A stretch of DNA of 63,277 nucleotides, counting the filler, from Octopus bimaculoides (taxonomy: Eukaryota), in assembly GCF_001194135.2 (NCBI RefSeq). It is 10 parts of 9 records of this genome, joined end to end, with 100 filler letters (N's around TTAATTAATTAA, not from the genome) between each part and the next. Parts side by side here need not be neighbours in the genome. Positions count along the whole stretch, not along the records: positions 52,182 to 58,101 come from NC_068983.1; positions 58,202 to 59,799 come from NW_026313267.1; positions 59,900 to 62,176 come from NC_069009.1; positions 62,277 to 63,277 come from NW_026392669.1; 6 more parts are not named here. The stretch is one strand, 5' to 3'. The position numbers and the translations under genes were made by a program. How positions within the stretch are numbered: position 1 is the first letter of the stretch; each line of letters starts with the position of its first letter. This document shows positions 52,335-63,277 of the stretch, piece by piece. The notes beneath the pieces were generated by a model. It did not search any database. It had not been told where the DNA came from and was given only the letters and a program-made list of their open reading frames with translations.

Positions 52335-55300
52335 CATCATTATTATTATAATTGCCTCTCATCCTTTCAGGGTTGATAAATTAAGTACCAGTTGAGCACT
52401 GGGGTTGATGTAATGAACTTCCCCTTCACCCAAAATTCCTGGTCTTATACCAAAATTTTAAACCATTATTATCATCATCATCATCATCATCATCATCATT
52501 CAAATTATTCTTCAAACTTCACAGAATAATGTTGAATTCAGAAGTCCCTGCCTCCATCTTCTCCACCTGGTTGAGTCCACCTGTCAGTGAGTTATGTTGT
52601 TTACTTCAATGATGTTCAGATATCCTCTGTTTGTATGTGTGTTGTTTAGGTGATATGGTGTATGATGTATTGATGTTTGTTGTCTGCATAATGAATAAGT
52701 TTATGTCTGTGAAGGGATTTGATTTGGCCAATTATTCAGTAGCAGCAGCAGCATAAACAGTCATAGTAATCATCATCACCATCATCGTCGTCGTCCTCCT
52801 CCTCGTTCTCCTCCTCCTCCTCCTCCTCCTCATCATCATCATCGTCATCATCATCATCATCATCATCACTACCACTACCACCACCACCATCATCATCACC
52901 ATCATCATCATCATCACCACCACCACCACCACCACCACCACCANNNNNNNNNNNNNNNNNNNNNNNNNNNNNNNNNNNNNNNNNNNNNNNNNNNNNNNNN
53001 NNNNNNNNNNNNNNNNNNNNNNNNNNNNNNNNNNNNNNNNNNNNNNNNNNNNNNNNNNNNNNNNNNNNNNNNNNNNNNNNNNNNNNNNNNNNNNNNNNNN
53101 NNNNNNNNNNNNNNNNNNNNNNNNNNNNNNNNNNNNNNNNNNNNNNNNNNNNNNNNNNNNNNNNNNNNNNNNNNNNNNNNNNNNNNNNNNNNNNNNNNNN
53201 NNNNNNNNNNNNNNNCATCATCGTCGTCGTCCTCCTCCTCGTTCTCCTCCTCCTCCTCCTCCTCCTCATCATCATCATCGTCATCATCATCATCATCATC
53301 ATCACTACCACTACCACCACCACCATCATCATCACCATCATCATCATCATCATCATCATCACCACCACCACCACCACCACCACCACCACCACCGCTGCCG
53401 CTACCCTCATCATTGTTATTGTTGTCATCATCATCATCGTCATTGAACGTCATTGTTGTTGGCATCGTTGTCATCGTCGTCGTCGACGTTATCATCATTG
53501 TCGTTGCCATCATCATCATCATTGTCATTGTCATCTCATCTTCATCTCACTATCATCATCTTCCCTCCTTCATCATAATCATTGTCATCAGCATCATCGT
53601 CATCATCAAAAATCACCCTCGCTATCACTCACTACCATCATGACCATCATTGTTGCCAGCATCTTCGTTACTGTTATGATTATTGTTGTTGTTACCATCA
53701 TCATGAGAAGTCATCATCATCATGAGAAGTCATCATCATGAGAAGTCATCATCATGAGAAGTCATCATCATGAGAAGTCATCATCATCATGAGAAGTCAT
53801 CATCATGAGAAGTCATCATCATCAGAAGTCATCATCATCAGAAGTCATCATCATCAGAAGTCATCATCATCACCTTCACCACCCTAACCATTATCATCAT
53901 CGTTATCCTTATCCTCATTGCTATCATAATCGTTATCTTTGATGTCATTATCCTCACCATCACGATAAAAAAAAAAAATCGTTACTGCCACGACGACCAT
54001 CATCATCATCATTGCCATCATCCACCACCACGACGACCATCATTATCATCATTGCCATCATCCACCACCACAACCATCATCATCATCATTGTTGTCATCA
54101 TCGTCGTCACCAGAATAATCGTTATTGTTGTTATCATCTTCACCGCCACCGATAAAATAATCAACATTACTGCCACTACCACCATCGTTACTGTCATCGT
54201 TATCATCATCATCATCATCACCATATCCATCACCATATCCACCACCATCTTCATTGTCATCCTTATTGTCACCATCATCATCATCATCGTTGTCATCGTC
54301 GTCGTCATCATCACCATCGTCATCATCATCATCGTTACAGCAATATTCTTGTCATTGTCATTGTTGTTCTCATCATCATTATCATCATCATTTTTATCCC
54401 ATTCATCATTAGCTTAATATTCATTTCCTATGTTTGTCAGATGAAGAATGTATTTGTCTCTTTCCAATTTTCTGTCATTTCAATTATGCAGAGTTCTTTC
54501 TATTACCATTTTCTTCTTTGACATTTTCTACTTCAGGTCTCTTATTTGAAACCAGTTAGCTAGTTTTTTTTTTCCTTTTTTTTTTTTTTTCTAGCTGTTA
54601 CAAAATTGACTAAGCACTGAAAATTAAGTTGCTAGTATACTGAAGTTTCCATAGGAGTTATATTGTAATGTAAAGAAGTGCCAAGCAATGAAAAATGGGA
54701 GGAGGGAACCCCTCGCCCCCCCAAAAAAAACATCCTGCAGAAGAGGGTCATCAAAGAAGACACATAAATAATAAGAGCTGAAGGCTGATCTTATGAAGGA
54801 GATGACAAGAGATTGCAATATTCGGTGAGATGTTATGTTGGAGAAAACAACATCCACCAATCAAACCATAGCAAAATAAACATGATGATGATAAAGCAGA
54901 GGATGATGATGATGATGACATTAACGAGGAGGAGGGGGTGATGATGATTAGGCGGCGGTATGTCAGGTGAAGAATATGTTTATCACTTTCCAATTTTCTG
55001 TCATTTTAATTATGCAAAGTTCTTGCTATCCCCATTTTCTCTTTGACATGTTCAACTTCAAGTCACTTGATTCAAACCCTTTTTCAAATATTTCAGGGTT
55101 TTTTTTTTTTGGTTTTTTTTCTTCCCCCCTGATGTTCAGTTCAGAGACTGATCTAGCACTGCTGAAAAATTAAACTGTATGGTATTACTGAAGTCTTCAT
55201 AGGGAAACATTCTTTGAGTTATATTTTAATGTAAAGAACTATGAAGCAATCGAAGAGAGTAGAAAAAAAAAATCTGAAGAACAGGGACATCAAAGAAGAC

Positions 55301-56143
55301 AAAGAAAGAAGAAATGAACATCAGTCTCATGAAGATGATGACAAGAGTCTACACTCATAGAACAAAACGTTATACTGGAGAAAGCATTTCTGCCAATCTA
55401 AGCTTGATAAAATGGACGTAAAATGGTGATGAGGATGGTGACGACTAACGTAATAATTATGGTAGCATTGGTGCTGATGACAATGTTAATGATGACAGCA
55501 ACAATGTCAACAAAATCGATGGATCATGAAGATGATGACGATGTTGATGATGACAACAATATGATGATGATAGCGATGATGACAGCGATGACAATAATAA
55601 CCACATTGTTGATTGTGACAATAGCAACAGTGATGACAACAATGATGACATTGATGATGATGTTGATGATGATGACAACAATGATGATGATGACAACGAT
55701 GATGATGATGACAACAATGATGATGATGACAACAATAATCACATTGATGATGATAATGACAACAATAATGACGTTAATCATGATGATGATGACGATGAGG
55801 ATGATGATGATACTGATGATGATGTCAATGATGACGATGATGAAGATAACGATGATGATGATGATGACAACAATAATCACATTGATGATTATATGATAAT
55901 GGTGGCTACAACTATGACAACATTGATGACATTGATGCCGACGAGTATAATGATGATGATGATGTCACCGATGATACCAATGAGAATGATGACAATGACA
56001 AAGATTCCGAAGGCAAAGATGAAAAAATGAAAATACAAAGTGGGATTTTATGAGAAAAATAATTCACACTTGAACAGCAGTTGACTGTTATTTCCTCGGA
56101 TACACAACTCCTTTTAGCTTTTCATACATTGCTCAAAAAGCTG
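49300..56143 (+). CDS. Speculative plus-strand exon chain (49300-49334, 51798-51880, 56118-56143)
   Basis: Phase-consistent MMSSDGSELQER-CDVTSKFRHASHRSDSSNIAGTLLLSK-TFHTLLKKL. The first donor (gtgcaa) is weak and the second acceptor uses the distal AG. Confidence 0.25.
52190..56010. repeat. Trinucleotide low-complexity block ((ATT)n, (CAT/CAC/CCT)n, (GAT)n) with a 13/16-bp minisatellite at ~53700-53870
   Basis: Read directly; minisatellite unit catcatgagaagt. Confidence 0.9.
54433..55440 (+). repeat. Diverged tandem duplication, unit ~530 bp (~54433-54960 / ~54961-55440)
   Basis: tgtcag(a/g)tgaagaat...tttccaattttctgtcattt.aattatgca.agttct and later catcaaagaagac occur in both units. Confidence 0.85.
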
Positions 56144-57153
56144 GTAAGACAACTCATTTGTTCCTGATTCTGACATTTCCTAATAGACAAAACAGTTGAA
56201 GACCTTCTCAATGGACAGAATCAATGACAATTGAAAAGGTTGCAAGTTGCTACGAAAATTTTAGTAAAAACTAATAAGTAAATGAGTGGAAATTTAACAC
56301 ACCGGTGAGTATTTTAAATTAATAAGGCACTAAAAGAGAATGACTCTCCTCAGACACAATAAAATAATGCTATGTAGTTTTATTTTAATGCTAAATAGCA
56401 CATGATTATTTGAAAACGGTAGTAGAACCACAAGTGATATTACAGCCATTGCAAGTTTGTCCTTTTTCCAAATACATATTTACTATTTTCATTATATTAT
56501 CCATTAGCTTAAATCCCCTGTCAATTCTGCTGCCTAAATTAATTAATATAGTATTATGATGCCAGTCATTAATTATGGAAGGCTTCCTATATAATTTGAT
56601 TTACAAAATGAGGAATATTTGCGATGGATGCATATAATATCAAATATTAATTTATATTAAAAAATAAAATTTGGCTACCTATAGATGTGTAAACAGATAC
56701 AGATGTATGTATGTATGTGTGCGCGCATGTATGTAAGTATGTATGTACATATGTATGTATGTGTATGTATCTATGTATGTATGTGAGTGTGTGTGTATTT
56801 ATAGATAGAGATAGAGAGAGAAAGAAATAGAAAGAGAGGAGAGAGGGAGAGAGAGAAAGAAAAATAGACAGACAGATATATAGGTAGATGAATGTATGGA
56901 TGGGTGGATGGATGGATGGAAAGATGGATAGATAGATAGATAGATAATAGAAATATGTTACAAAAACAAAATAGAAACTACACGTGGAAATGTAGTGGGA
57001 AAGTAAGAAGAAAAATAAGCGAAAATGCACATTGGAAATCAAAAAAGGTAAAGGCTTCTTATGAAAAGTAACGATAGATATATACAATTAGATGAACTGA
57101 GGTAGGAATAAAAGTAATAAAAGTCATTATTGTGAATTGTTAAAAAGATACAA

Positions 57154-57191
57154 AAGCATACCGGTTTCGTAATGTTACTAATCATTGCTTT
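57154..57191 (-). ncRNA. Degenerate minimal HHR next to a gap
   Basis: AAAGCA-augauua (for CUGAUGA)-GUAA ca UUAC-GAAACCGGUA-UGCUUU. Confidence 0.5.
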
Positions 57192-58359
57192 GANNNNNNN
57201 NNNNNNNNNNNNNNNNNNNNNNNNNNNNNNNNNNNNNNNNNNNNNNNNNNNNNNNNNNNNNNNNNNNNNNNNNNNNNNNNNNNNNNNNNNNNNNNNNNNN
57301 NNNNNNNNNNNNNNNNNNNNNNNNNNNNNNNNNNNNNNNNNNNNNNNNNNNNNNNNNNNNNNNNNNNNNNNNNNNNNNNNNNNNNNNNNNNNNNNNNNNN
57401 NNNNNNNNNNNNNNNNNNNNNNNNNNNNNNNNNNNNNNNNNNNNNNNNNNNNNNNNNNNNNNNNNNNNNNNNNNNNNNNNNNNNNNNNNNNNNNNNNNNN
57501 NNNNNNNNNNNNNNNNNNNNNNNNNNNNNNNNNNNNNNNNNNNNNNNNNNNNNNNNNNNNNNNNNNNNNNNNNNNNNNNNNNNNNNNNNNNNNNNNNNNN
57601 NNNNNNNNNNNNNNNNNNNNNNNNNNNNNNNNNNNNNNNNNNNNNNNNNNNNNNNNNNNNNNNNNNNNNNNNNNNNNNNNNNNNNNNNNNNNNNNNNNNN
57701 NNNNNNNNNNNNNNNNNNNNNNNNNNNNNNNNNTTTTCTCTTGTGTATATTGAAGGAATGTTTTACTGTCTTAAGAGACAGTATGACTGGCTAGCTGGGG
57801 TGGGAGGGAAGAAGAGTTAAAGAGGATTTTTTTATTTTTGGTTGGTCTGTGACAGTCTGTCATGGTTCACTGGTTTTTAGCACTGGTTTTGTGCACATCT
57901 CTTGGTCCCAGAGTTTATTGTGGAATGTGTATATGAGCGTGTTTTTTGTGTCGGTGGGGATGTTAGGTGTGTGTACGTGAGAGTGTGCGTATATCTCTTT
58001 GTCTGAGTGTGTATGTGTTGTTTTGATCGTCCTTGTGGTGTGTGTGTGTGTGAGAGCAACCGTATGTATGTGTGAGGGTGTGTACGTATGTGTGCGTATG
58101 TNNNNNNNNNNNNNNNNNNNNNNNNNNNNNNNNNNNNNNNNNNNNTTAATTAATTAANNNNNNNNNNNNNNNNNNNNNNNNNNNNNNNNNNNNNNNNNNN
58201 NGCGTCCAATAACACTATCCGTATCACGTCCTCATTTTGTTGTTTTTTTGTGTTTTTGTTTAACTTATATATATATATATATATACACACACACGCACAC
58301 ACACATATACGCATATAATATATGACAGATATATAGAAATACATATAATATATATATAT

Positions 58360-59779
58360 TTAATAAATTTAATAAAGGATCTTCTAGCGGCTAGAATAAC
58401 ATTAATCTCATCTTATAGAAGATCCTTTATTAAATTTAATAACAAGATTTGGATTCGTAAGGATACTCCTGATGCATTTGATGTACCTATGGGTAGTTCC
58501 GATTTAGCAGAGATTGCTGATGTGGTTTGTTATTTCATACTTAATGAAATGGCTGATCAATTCCCAAATATTAGAGGGGGTCTATATAGGGATGAGTGTC
58601 TCCTGTATTTCAGAAATAGTTCGAAGCAACAGGTACAAAGGGTGAAAAATAGATTAGCTAGATTTTTTTGTAGAATGGGAATGCATATAATTTTTGAGGA
58701 TAATATATCTTTAGCTAATTTTTTAGATGTTACACTTGATCTGCACAATAAATCTTATAGACAATATCATAAACCTTCGACAAACCTTAGATACATTAGT
58801 AAATTTAGCAATCATCCAAAAGCAATAACAGATGATTTAGTTCATAATATATCATTAAGATTATCTAACCTATCGGCAATTAACCTGGTCTTTGAGGATG
58901 AGGCAAAGTTTTATAACTTGGCCTTGTCTGAAACAGGGTATAAAGATAAGGTGTACTACATTAATCAAGATTCTGTTTCCTCTAAGGTAGATATTAATTG
59001 TAGCAAGGTTAATTTTAAAACTAATACTACTAATAATAATGTTAACTTAGTAAGAAAGTTCAAACGTGGACCACAATGCCATGGTCATGTATCTTACACT
59101 AATAATTGTAAACTTAAGTTTTTTATGAATAATAGTGAGTTATAATTCCAATAAACAGGATAGTTTATGGTTCGTCATTCCTTTTGGGAAACATATTAAA
59201 TCAAATTTAATTAGATTATTCAGGAATGTAGTTAGTAAAAATTTTCCTAAAAACTCGCATTAATGCGCATAAGGTAAGGTTTGGTTTTTCTAATACCAAA
59301 AATTTAACCCAAATTATCGCCACTCATAACTTAAAGCTATTATCCTCTAATTCTATTCAAGATTTTAATGGCATAAATATAGATAGCAATCATAATACTC
59401 CTAGAGACACTGTTTTAGATAATCTTCAAGTAAACAAGGATAATAATAATAGTACCAACATTAATAGTAACAACATAATAGGAATATCTGAAGTTAATCC
59501 TAATAGAATTAGATTCCTTAGTGCAAATGAAAAAACTAAGAATAATGTATATAGGTGTAATGTTTTAACTAAAAAGAATATTTGGAGTTATATAAGCGCT
59601 TCTTTACTTGAAATCTCGAGAAGAATTTCCAATCATTACTCGACAGCGCTCAGTAGTTTAATTTAGTAATTGAAAGACGAGAATATAGATTACTCTCTCG
59701 AATGGTCAATTATAGGTAATTCGTATCCGTACGACAAGGGTAGGGATTACTGTTCTTTATGTAACTTGGAGTTATTTTT
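58360..59779 (+). mobile_element. Decayed Penelope-like element (RT, linker, GIY-YIG) with a 5' fold-back
   Basis: WIRKDTPDAFDVPMGSSDLAEIAD...GGLYRDE...ANFLDVTLDL...YHKP...SNHP; later LEWSIIGNSYPYDKGRDYCSLCNLE. Confidence 0.88.
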
Positions 59780-59899
59780 CATACTTTTTTCCAAGGGTGN
59801 NNNNNNNNNNNNNNNNNNNNNNNNNNNNNNNNNNNNNNNNNNNTTAATTAATTAANNNNNNNNNNNNNNNNNNNNNNNNNNNNNNNNNNNNNNNNNNNN

Positions 59900-61185
59900 A
59901 AGTTCCCTATAATGTCCCCCTTGTTTGGGTCCTTTCTTAGGAAAGCCACCACTCCTCGACAAACAAAAGCAGGAATTCTCCCGTTTTGTTGCCAGTTGCA
60001 GTAGACGTTTACCAAGACGCCCGCAAAAAGTCTGGCATTGACGTATAAAGCTCGTAAGGCAGACCATCCAAACCCGGTGATCTACCTCTCGTGCAGCCTT
60101 TCATCGCTTCCCAGGCAGATATGGGTCCTTTGCAGCACTCGGCTTCGCTGGTCGAGAGTTGCGGCAGGCCGTCTAGGTACACACCGAAGTCTGTCCCGTC
60201 GTCCGTACTACCGTTCGTCCCGAACAATTGAGCAAATTGCTGCTGAAAGGCCGCACACATCTGCTCTGTTGCCACGCTTCGCCTCAGACACGCGGGCCCA
60301 TCGAGCAGCCATAGTCCCGTCCCCAATTAACTAAAGTGCTTTAGCTATGACAACGAAGCCTTCATACTTGGCATCAGAGTGTTGGTCGAGGGCCAACTTC
60401 GCTGCTAACACGTCGGGTGCGATGTCTGTCCTAAGAGCCTCGTCTAGTTTGTTAACTAAATCCCGCTCTGTTTTCTTACGTTCTACAGCTAGAGCCTTAC
60501 TAAACCTAATTGATTCTGCTCTAATTGCCCGCTTCAGGGCGAACCACCAGTTGTTATTGATGATTGCCCCGGTTAAAGCCCTCTTAACTAATAAACTAAT
60601 CCGTTCTCTGTAGGCTTTGCACGCCGTTAACGACGCGTTTAGCTTTCAGTAACCGAGACCTTGTCTATGGAGCAGGTTGGCGAGGCTCTTGCATCCCCCT
60701 TTCCTATCAGATGCTCCCGCACCTACCCTATCGATACGTTCGTCTAAGACAGTGTTCCAATCGCCAACTAGCACTAAAGCGCGAGAAGTACTCAGGAAAA
60801 CCTCCATACGTTTGATATAATCCGACTGCCCTGCTCCTGTCGGAGCGTAGGCAGCAAGTAGTCTGAAGGCAGCGCCGTCACTACTATCGACGTCCAGGAT
60901 CACCAAATTACCTTCTGGATCCAGGAAGACTGCCCTTATTTTCAAGTCCAGGCCTTCCCGAAATAGCACCCTAGTACCCCCACCACCGGCTCCCGGCCGA
61001 CACGGAGATAGAAAAATCTCGTATCCGCCAAAAAGTGCTACGAGTTCCTGCGGGTTGGAGAGCCTGGTTTCGCTAATGGTTGCTACATCTACACTGTAAG
61101 ACATCAGGTCGTTCAACAGGTGACCTTGTTTCCAAGGCGACCCGAGGCCTCTCACATTTATGCTTCCGATTCTGAGAATTAACAT
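59900..61185 (-). mobile_element. Tx1/L1-clade ORF2 N-terminal half (APE endonuclease plus linker), frameshifted
   Basis: MLILRIGSINVRGL...VATISET...LAAYAP...LVGDWN; later GRSPGLDGLPYELY. Confidence 0.9.
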
Positions 61186-61436
61186 GTTTTTTTTTTTAAA
61201 GGAAAGTATTAGAGGAGAAAAGGCTCTACTTACAGTTTTCTGGTGGGGTGGCTCCCCTATGTTTCCGTGTGGGTGTTTCCACTAAATTTCTATAAAGTCT
61301 TTGGAAGACACTTCTCCCTAGCGACACAACATCATTCGCAAAGTTTTCTTTTATTTTATTGAAGTTTTCTTTGGTTATTTTTAGTGCTTGTATGTGTGCT
61401 GGTGGTGCGTTGTATAAGGGTATAATGAATTTTGTG

Positions 61437-61505
<69 letters not shown>

Positions 61506-61506
<1 letters not shown>

Positions 61507-62176
61507 GCACCCCCACCAGAAATGATCAAACTCTGGCTGCCCAGTACTGGCTGAGAAGGATTATATTCACAAACACTACAGAGTTGGGACCAATATACAC
61601 TGGAAGCTATGCCATCACTATAGAATAACAGTAGAAAAAATGGTATAGACACATCCCAGAAAATGACACAAACATCACAAAACAAAAATAGTCTAGGATA
61701 CGCCAATAAACACAGAGAAATACTAACATCCCGGATATAGTTGCCTAAGACCACGTAGAGCAGAAATGCTTTCTAATCGATGTATCAATACAAACAAAGG
61801 AGAAACTTTGAGAACGATTTGGAAATAGAGTAACAGCACTACTACGCACCACACACTTCCTACGAAAATCACTTTCAATAAAGCGAAAGTAAGAGCACCG
61901 AAACGAAATACATCATATGCGCAAGGCACACAGATCTGCGTTCGGTAGTGCAGTGAAAGCCCGTGATTAAAATAAGACTACTGAATAATAAGGATAATAA
62001 TAATAATAATAATATTAATAATAATAACTCGAATGTGGAATCTAAAAACAGAAACAATTCCTATCATAGTAGGTGCCTTAGGTATAATAAAAAAATATTC
62101 AGACAAATACATAACAAAAACACCAGGACTTACAAGTATATATAACATACGGAAAATTGCAATACTGGGCACTGCA
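61506..62176 (+). mobile_element. RLE-type (R4/Dong-like) LINE C-terminus, split by an insertion and flanked by (AAT)n
   Basis: TNIHWKLCHHY...KWYRHIPE...PDIV...CFLIDVSI; resumes as MWNLKTETIPIIVGALGIIKK...IRKIAILGTA. Confidence 0.85.
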
Positions 62177-62931
62177 NNNNNNNNNNNNNNNNNNNNNNNN
62201 NNNNNNNNNNNNNNNNNNNNTTAATTAATTAANNNNNNNNNNNNNNNNNNNNNNNNNNNNNNNNNNNNNNNNNNNNTAACTGATTTTTTACATTGAGTGT
62301 AAGTTTGAAATGTTGTGAATCATATTTCATGTTTGATATTTATTGCCAAAGCACAAAGATGTCCTTGAATAGCAAAGAAAATGTGATTGATTTGATGACA
62401 AACATAAAGTAGATAAAAACTGATGTTGTTCTATAATCTATTGTTGAATAATCTTTGATAATAGTGTTTCAGGAAAATCAAAGATCTGTCAGCTTTTAGC
62501 CGACCAGGTTACTAAGTTTATGTTAAAAAGAAAACAAAAGATAATAAAATAAAGATCACTTTCTATCATTTAACAATGGTGGATCAACAATTTTCAGAGT
62601 TTTATCTTTGCTTCTCTCTTACATTCTTTTAATCATTTAATCATTTCAGCAAGCATCAATCACATGTCAATTAGTTGCCTAATCCACCAGGTCACCGTGG
62701 CTCCTACTTCATTTGCTAAAATCAGGTTTTCTAAGTATAATGCTGTCTTTTTCTATGTACTGCTCTCACTACTACAGCAGCCTCTACTACTCTGAACTCC
62801 TATCAATAATACAACAGCCTGTACTACTATGAACCATCGCCCTTGCAGCGTCTCTTCCCTCTCATATCCCCACCTACTAAGCACATTCTCAATCATTGTT
62901 TTCCAGAGCAGTTTATGATGCTTAAGCCTAA

Positions 62932-63024
<93 letters not shown>

Positions 63025-63277
63025 GCAGATCACAAACCAGATTGGTCGTCGACCGAATCACAAAGGGCCACTTACTCGAAATAGATCTGCTAGTCTTAAG
63101 AAGCTACGTCACGAGAGCTCGGAGACGGTGTTGTCTCAACAAATTTACCCTAAACAGACAGATCCGTCCCCTAGCGTCAACGTCGAAGCTTGTTATGCCT
63201 CACTGTTAATAAAACAAAATACAAAAAGGAATGGTCATAGACCGGGTTATAAAGGACCACTTACTCGGATAATGAAC

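Noticed and set aside
52782-53390. Apparent exact duplication on both sides of the 52944-53215 gap
   Set aside because: Most likely unmerged overlapping contig ends in low-complexity DNA.
53700-53870. Regular short repeat array considered as CRISPR
   Set aside because: 13/16-bp tandem minisatellite with no unique spacers, in a eukaryotic context.
52736-55896. Poly-Asp/Glu/Gly and poly-Met/Ile ORFs considered as acidic or shell-type proteins
   Set aside because: Trinucleotide microsatellite mosaic that is open in several frames and lacks credible splice or start context.
1848-57753. Long ORFs made of X, or of YI, CV, HT and MYVC repeats
   Set aside because: They read through N gaps and di/tetranucleotide microsatellites.

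Overview
AT-rich, microsatellite-dense eukaryotic genomic DNA with many N gaps. The SINE families and repeat content suggest a coleoid cephalopod, probably Octopus; this is an inference and no database was searched. Most of the window is decayed transposable elements: RTE LINEs, RLE-type (R4/Dong/NeSL-like) LINEs, a Tx1/L1 ORF2, at least five Penelope-like (PLE) remnants, mariner/Tc1 copies and MITEs, Helitron pieces and several tRNA-headed SINE families. No long intact host CDS is present. There are candidate short exons with good splice sites, including a phase-consistent chain at 39.1-42.2 kb, and two CpG-rich promoter-like regions (about 11.6 kb, and a probable divergent promoter at about 49.1 kb). 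The most notable pattern is about eight minimal type-I hammerhead ribozyme (HHR) motifs in apparently unrelated terminal repeats. One lies in an ORF-less ~330-nt retrozyme-like unit present in direct and inverted copies (32.3-33.2 kb). Another lies in a PLE terminal repeat that also carries a tRNA-like Pol III A/B-box head and brackets a mariner fragment (35.5-36.8 kb). All translations and alignments were done by eye, so most TE boundaries are approximate.
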